A DNA stretch of 64,000 bases from Candidatus Aminicenantes bacterium (lineage in GTDB: Bacteria > Acidobacteriota > Aminicenantia > Aminicenantales > UBA8522): contig CAVSCD010000011.1 of the NCBI GenBank assembly GCA_963726335.1, forward strand, positions 283,540 to 347,539, read 5' to 3'. Of this stretch, positions 59,322 to 64,000 are shown piece by piece (position 1 is the first letter of the stretch; every line of letters starts with the position of its first letter). The position numbers and the translations under genes were made by a program. The notes under the pieces are model-generated. The model made no database searches. It was not told the origin of the DNA and worked only from the letters and a program-made list of their open reading frames with translations.

Positions 59322-60574
59322 GGGTCCTCCACTGCCTCCACAATTATCATCCGGCCCGGGGCGGCGCCGAATGGCTGATGCAGAACGTTTCCGAACGGCT
59401 CGCCGCGCGGGGCCATGACGTCACGGTCATCGCCAGCAATGCTTTTTCCGTCGAGGACTATGTCCTCCCGGGGAAGGGCCGCCGGCCGATGCCCGCCGGC
59501 GAGGACCGCGTCAACGGCGTCCGCGTCCGTCGCGTCCCGTTCAGTCGGCGGGGCGTTCGCACCCTGAACGCGCTGCGCGGGATCTCGACGCGCTTCGGCT
59601 TTCCCTTCGGCGAGCGGCTCCGGATGCTCTCCTGGGGACCAAGAAGCCGCCGCTACTATCCGGAATCGCTCGCCGTCGAAGCCGACCTTATCGCCGCCTG
59701 TCCCCTGCCGACAATGAATGTCTGGTACGCCCGCCGCGCCGCCATGAAGAAGAAGGTTCCCCTCGTCATCATCCCCTGCTTCCACACCGAAGACCGGTAC
59801 GCTTTCCATAACCGCCTGTATTTTCGCTGGCTCCGGGAGGCCGACGCGGTCGTCACGCTCACGGATTGGGAGCGCGACCATCTCCACCGGGTCGCCGGCG
59901 TCCCCCTGGAAAACATCCACACGATCGCGGTCGGGATCGACCCGGATGAGCCCCTGCCCGCGGCCGGAGCGCGGGCCAACGGCGGCATCCCGAGAAGGGA
60001 GACGGTGATCTTCATGGGCCAGCACGGCCTGCACAAGGGCATCCTTCATCTGATCAAGGCTATGCAGTCCGTCTGGGCGGAACGGGCCGACGTCGGGCTC
60101 ATTATCGCCGGGAGCCCGACGGCCCACACGGCCGAGATCGAAAGAAAGGTCCGGGAGCTCCCGCCGCCGCAACGGGCCCGGGTCGAACTCATCAAGGGCT
60201 TCCCCGAAGAGGAGAAGCGGGCCCTCCTCGCCCGGGCCGATGTCTTTGTCTCGGTCTCTTTCATGGAGTCGTTCGGCATCGTTTTTCTCGAAGCCTGGCG
60301 GGAAAAGCTGGCGGTCATCGGCTGCCGCCGCGGCGGTTCCTCGAAGATCATCGACGAGTTCCGCGACGGCCTGCTCGTCGAATTCGGCAGGCCGCGGGAG
60401 CTCGCCGGGGCCCTTCTTGAGCTCCTCGAAAACAAAGACGTCCGACGGAGCATGGGGCAGGCCGGCCGGCGGAAAACGCTCGAAAAGTATTCCTGGGAAA
60501 AGATTCTCCCCCTTTGGGAAGCTCTCTATGAAGACGTTATTCGAAGAAAACGCGGTCCTGTCAGCGCATCCTGA
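59318..60574 (+). CDS. GT4 glycosyltransferase
   Basis: GGAE, KG, ESFGIVFLEAW. Confidence 0.92.
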   Translation: MRVLHCLHNYHPARGGAEWLMQNVSERLAARGHDVTVIASNAFSVEDYVLPGKGRRPMPAGEDRVNGVRVRRVPFSRRGVRTLNALRGISTRFGFPFGERLRMLSWGPRSRRYYPESLAVEADLIAACPLPTMNVWYARRAAMKKKVPLVIIPCFHTEDRYAFHNRLYFRWLREADAVVTLTDWERDHLHRVAGVPLENIHTIAVGIDPDEPLPAAGARANGGIPRRETVIFMGQHGLHKGILHLIKAMQSVWAERADVGLIIAGSPTAHTAEIERKVRELPPPQRARVELIKGFPEEEKRALLARADVFVSVSFMESFGIVFLEAWREKLAVIGCRRGGSSKIIDEFRDGLLVEFGRPRELAGALLELLENKDVRRSMGQAGRRKTLEKYSWEKILPLWEALYEDVIRRKRGPVSAS

Positions 60575-62129
60575 CTTCGTCCTTCGCGAACAGGACGGGG
60601 AGATCTTCCTGGCGCACGCCAGCGGGCGCCGAGTCAAAACGGACCGGCTCGGCAAGGCCGTTTGGGAGAGTCTGCCGGGAACGGCCGCCGGGGTCGTGAC
60701 GAGGGTTCGCCGCGAATGGAACGTCTCCTCCGAGCTTGTCCGCCGACTCCTCCATCTTTTTCTCCGTGCCGAAGTCATCGCCTCTTCAGCCGGGGGACAG
60801 TCCCCAGGCGGGGGCAGGGCAGCGGGGGATGCTGCCCTGAAGACCCCGAGATTACTGCCTGAGACACTTTTCCAGACATTATTTTCTGCTATTACCCTCC
60901 CTCTACCCTCCCTTCAAAGGGAGGGAGAAAGGTTAGTGTCTCAGGAAAGGCCGGAGGGGGACCCGTCGTTTACGACGGGGGAACCGACGGGACTGGTTCC
61001 CGGGGGTCCGGGGGGAGAAGGGCGGTGTCCCCCGCTGCCCTGCCCCCCCAAGGGGGACTGTCCCCTTAATGGGACGGGCGCCATCTCGGTCATCGTCATC
61101 ACCCGGAACGGCGAGGAGCACATCCGCGGCTGTCTCTCGTCGCTCGCCGCCCAGACCTCGGCGCCGCTCGAGGTCCTGGTCGTCGACAACGCCTCGACCG
61201 ACCGGACGGCCGGGATCGTCAGGCGGGATTTCCCGTGGGCCCGGCTCCTGTCGCTGAAGAGGAACATCTACTTCCCCGGAGCGGTCAACCGCGGCCTGGC
61301 CGAAGCCCGCGGCCGCTTCCTGATGGTCCTCAACGACGACACGGAGCTCGACCCGGATTGCCTCCGGCGCCTCTGCCTGAAAATGGCCAGCCGGCCGCGC
61401 GCCGGGGCGGTCGCGCCGATGATGAAGTTCTACCACCTGCGGGGGTTCATCAACGGCCTCGGAAACCATATCCGGGCCCAAGGCTGGGGAAGCGACAATT
61501 TCATCGGCTGCGTGGACGTCGGGCAGTTCGCCGGCCTCGCGGAGGTCCCCTCGGCCTGCTTCGGGGCGGTCCTGCTCCGCCGCGAGGCCGTCGGCGAGGT
61601 GGGCGGCTTGGACCCCGCCTACGTGGCCTACTATGAAGACATCGACTGGAGCTTCCGAGCCTGGCTCCGCGGCTGGGCCGTGGTCCCCGAGCCGGCCGCC
61701 GTCGTCTATCACAAGTTCGGCGCATTCTGGAAGACCCAGGCGCGGAAGCAGGTCCACGTCGTCCGCAACAGGCTGCGTCTCGTCCTCAAGCTTTTCGAGG
61801 GGAAAACCCGGCGTTCCTACCTGCGGTCTTACGCCAAGGAAGACGTCAAGGGCTTCCTTCATTATCTCGGGCGGAAGGAGTTCGGGCTGGCGGCCGTCTA
61901 TCCCAGGGCTTATGCCGCGCTGCTTTGCGGGCTCCCCGGGATCCTCCTCGCCAGGCGGGAGATTCTGAAGGGAAAAGCGCCCGGGAGCGGGGCCGAGGCG
62001 GTGCTTCAAAAGAACCCCGGGTTCTTCAGCTGCCTCGACGATTCCCAGTCGCCCCGCCTGGATGCCGCGACCGTATTCGAATATTACGGGTGGGAACCGC
62101 CCCGGACCTCATCCCCGGAATCACCCTGA
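60528..62129 (+). CDS. PqqD/RRE-like domain + in-frame repeat insertion + GT2 glycosyltransferase
   Basis: N-terminal ~88 aa with 3-strand/3-helix PqqD-like pattern; ISVIVITRN, VVDNASTD, LNDD, YYEDIDW GT2 motifs. Confidence 0.85.
   Translation: MKTLFEENAVLSAHPDFVLREQDGEIFLAHASGRRVKTDRLGKAVWESLPGTAAGVVTRVRREWNVSSELVRRLLHLFLRAEVIASSAGGQSPGGGRAAGDAALKTPRLLPETLFQTLFSAITLPLPSLQREGERLVSQERPEGDPSFTTGEPTGLVPGGPGGEGRCPPLPCPPKGDCPLNGTGAISVIVITRNGEEHIRGCLSSLAAQTSAPLEVLVVDNASTDRTAGIVRRDFPWARLLSLKRNIYFPGAVNRGLAEARGRFLMVLNDDTELDPDCLRRLCLKMASRPRAGAVAPMMKFYHLRGFINGLGNHIRAQGWGSDNFIGCVDVGQFAGLAEVPSACFGAVLLRREAVGEVGGLDPAYVAYYEDIDWSFRAWLRGWAVVPEPAAVVYHKFGAFWKTQARKQVHVVRNRLRLVLKLFEGKTRRSYLRSYAKEDVKGFLHYLGRKEFGLAAVYPRAYAALLCGLPGILLARREILKGKAPGSGAEAVLQKNPGFFSCLDDSQSPRLDAATVFEYYGWEPPRTSSPESP
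60793..61065 (+). mobile_element. 273-bp MITE/REPIN-like element inserted in-frame, containing family-I core
   Basis: Terminal GGGGACAGTCCCC/GGGGACTGTCCCC, inner 29-bp inverted repeat (26/29), core 60858-60955; 273 bp = 91 codons. Confidence 0.75.
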
Positions 62130-62214
62130 AAGGTGATTTACTTCAACCGTCCTCCCCTTTACCTTAAGAGTGCGCCAAGGTATCTTAGTGTTGTGACCGA
62201 GCGCGGAGGCTCGC

Positions 62215-64000
62215 ATGCAGTTCTTAAGAAAGGCCGGAATTCTCGTCCTCGGATCCCTGTTCGCGGCGACATCCGCCTTTTCCCAGATATCGGTCAGCTC
62301 GCCTTCAAGCCGGGATGCCCTCAGGGCCTGCCCCGACTACGCGGACGAAACCCTGCGCGACCGCTGGGACATGAACGAGAGAACGGACCTCGGCTGGCGG
62401 ATCTTCAACACCGTCGAGCTGCCCCATTCCTATCTGACGAATATCTCCTTCCAGAACGGCATCTTTGCGGCCCAAACGGTCGCCACTCCGGGAGGCGCCG
62501 CCGATTACTCCGACGCCAACATCTCCATCCTCGACTCGGCCTACCTCTATTCGGCGATGCTGGGCAAGACCGGGAAGAACTTCCCGATCAACGCCTCCCA
62601 GTACACGCGGCTGGCGCTCCGGATGTACCTGAGCCCGGGCTCCGCCGGGAAGTCCGGACAGCTCTTCTGGTCGAAGGACACGGTCTATAACGGGATTTCC
62701 GTCTCGAACGTCTTCGACGTCCACGACAACTGGTTCATCTACATCGTCGACATCCCCTCGCTGGGGCTCGCCGCGGGCTCGGAGCACCTGGAGCGGCCTG
62801 GTCGACTCGCTGAGGTTCGACCCGATCTATAAGCGAGACAAGACGATCCAGATCGACTGGATCCGGCTCGTCGGGTACGATGCCGCGACGCAGAGAACGA
62901 TCAGCTGGTCGGGCTGGACGTCCGGCACGGACATCTACCTCGACAACGACAAGAATGCCGCCAACGGCAACCTGGGCCTGCTGGCCAAGGGTGTCGCGGG
63001 CTCGAGCTACGGTTTCCTGGCCGGCGCGCTGGCTCCCGGCGATTATTATGTCGCCGTGGCGCCCGCCGGCACCTCGAACTTCGCCTACAGCGCTGGCTAC
63101 TATCACGTCAACGACGTGCCGGTCTTCAACTTCACCAGTCCGTCGGACGAGGGGAGCGACCAGGACTTCATCACCGTCAACACCGGGAACCCCTGGGACA
63201 TGAACGGGGCCACCGACATCGACTACACCGTCAACATCGTCAACCCGCAGTTCACGACGCTCTCCTACCAGGACACGGCGGGGAAAGCCTACAGCGACCA
63301 GTCCGTCTTCCTCGCCCAGGCGCCTTACGGTTCCGGCGACCCGATCGCCTTTCTCCTTCATTTCCTTTACCGGGGAAAGACTTTCCGCATCGATACCAGC
63401 CGCTACCACAACCTGGTCTTGAAGATGGGAATCGCCGGCGCGCCCAGCGTCAACGACGGGTCGATCGCCAGGATCATCTGGCGGAACAAGAACGAGACGC
63501 TGGAGAACGTCAGCGAGGACATCATCATCCACCACCTGCCGAACTCCTGGGTGATGGACAAGATCGTCTGCGACATGAGGACGCTCCCGATCGAGCCCGG
63601 CGCGGGCAGCCCGTCCCATTCGGGCTGGAACGGCGAGCTGGACTGCTTCCGGGTGGACGCCCATGAGTTCACGGACGGGCGGGCCTTCTTCTTCGACGAC
63701 ATCCGGCTGACCGCCGACCTCACCGCCAACCAGTCGGCGACCATCACCTGGAACAGCGCCGATTCCGACCACACCCCGACGGTCTCGCTATATTATGATG
63801 CCGCGAACGCGGGCTACGCCGGAACGCAAATCGCCTCCGGGATCCCGTCCCCCTCGGGACAGGTGAGCTATGCCTGGAACACCTCCGCCGTCCCCCAGGG
63901 AAAATATTGGATCTACGGGGTCATCAGCGACGGCCTCAACCAGAGCAGGGGCTATGCCCGGGGGCCGATCGTCATCAATCATTACACGGGCGCACCGGAG
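62215..64000 (+). pseudogene. Large secreted protein with duplicated CBM-like domains; frameshift near 62782; runs off window
   Basis: Signal peptide; after ...LAAGS the reading continues in +1 frame as STWSGLVDSLRFDP...; repeated WDMN / GK.F.I..S.Y..L / W.G..D..R.D modules. Confidence 0.7.

Overview
High-GC bacterial chromosome segment from a diderm (LPS/LptD-bearing) organism. The gene content is loosely compatible with Ca. Aminicenantes or Acidobacteriota-like lineages, but this is an unverified guess. About 50 protein genes are supported; no rRNA, tRNA, CRISPR array or transposase was seen. Left to right: an Rrf2-pstS-pstC operon with IscR-like operators; a Cache/HAMP histidine kinase + receiver-GcvH fusion + HEAT/P-loop/WD40 operon; DPP-IV, methyltransferase, UbiA, MgtC, RdgB; comEA; dprA-topA-xerC; USP, NupC, DUF167, DUF1573, an SH3/OM-barrel protein; a GT4-Kdo-kinase fusion with a glycoside hydrolase and methyltransferase; a Pif1-like helicase-WYL fusion convergent with an Fe-S PD-(D/E)XK nuclease; a secreted metzincin-like protease + TPR lipoprotein; hemerythrin, a SEC-C protein and a VapC remnant; LPS core genes and purF; lptD-rmlA-rmlC-rmlB-GH84-rmd; a papain-like protease-wzm-wzt-glycosyltransferase operon including a PqqD/RRE-GT2 fusion; and a frameshifted secreted protein. 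The most striking unexplained signal is at least four families of dispersed fold-back elements. Two of them have sequence-conserved cores (with compensatory base changes in family I) enclosed by long inverted arms whose sequence differs between copies, and one copy is inserted in-frame in a gene. All assignments come from reading motifs by eye; no database search or folding program was run.
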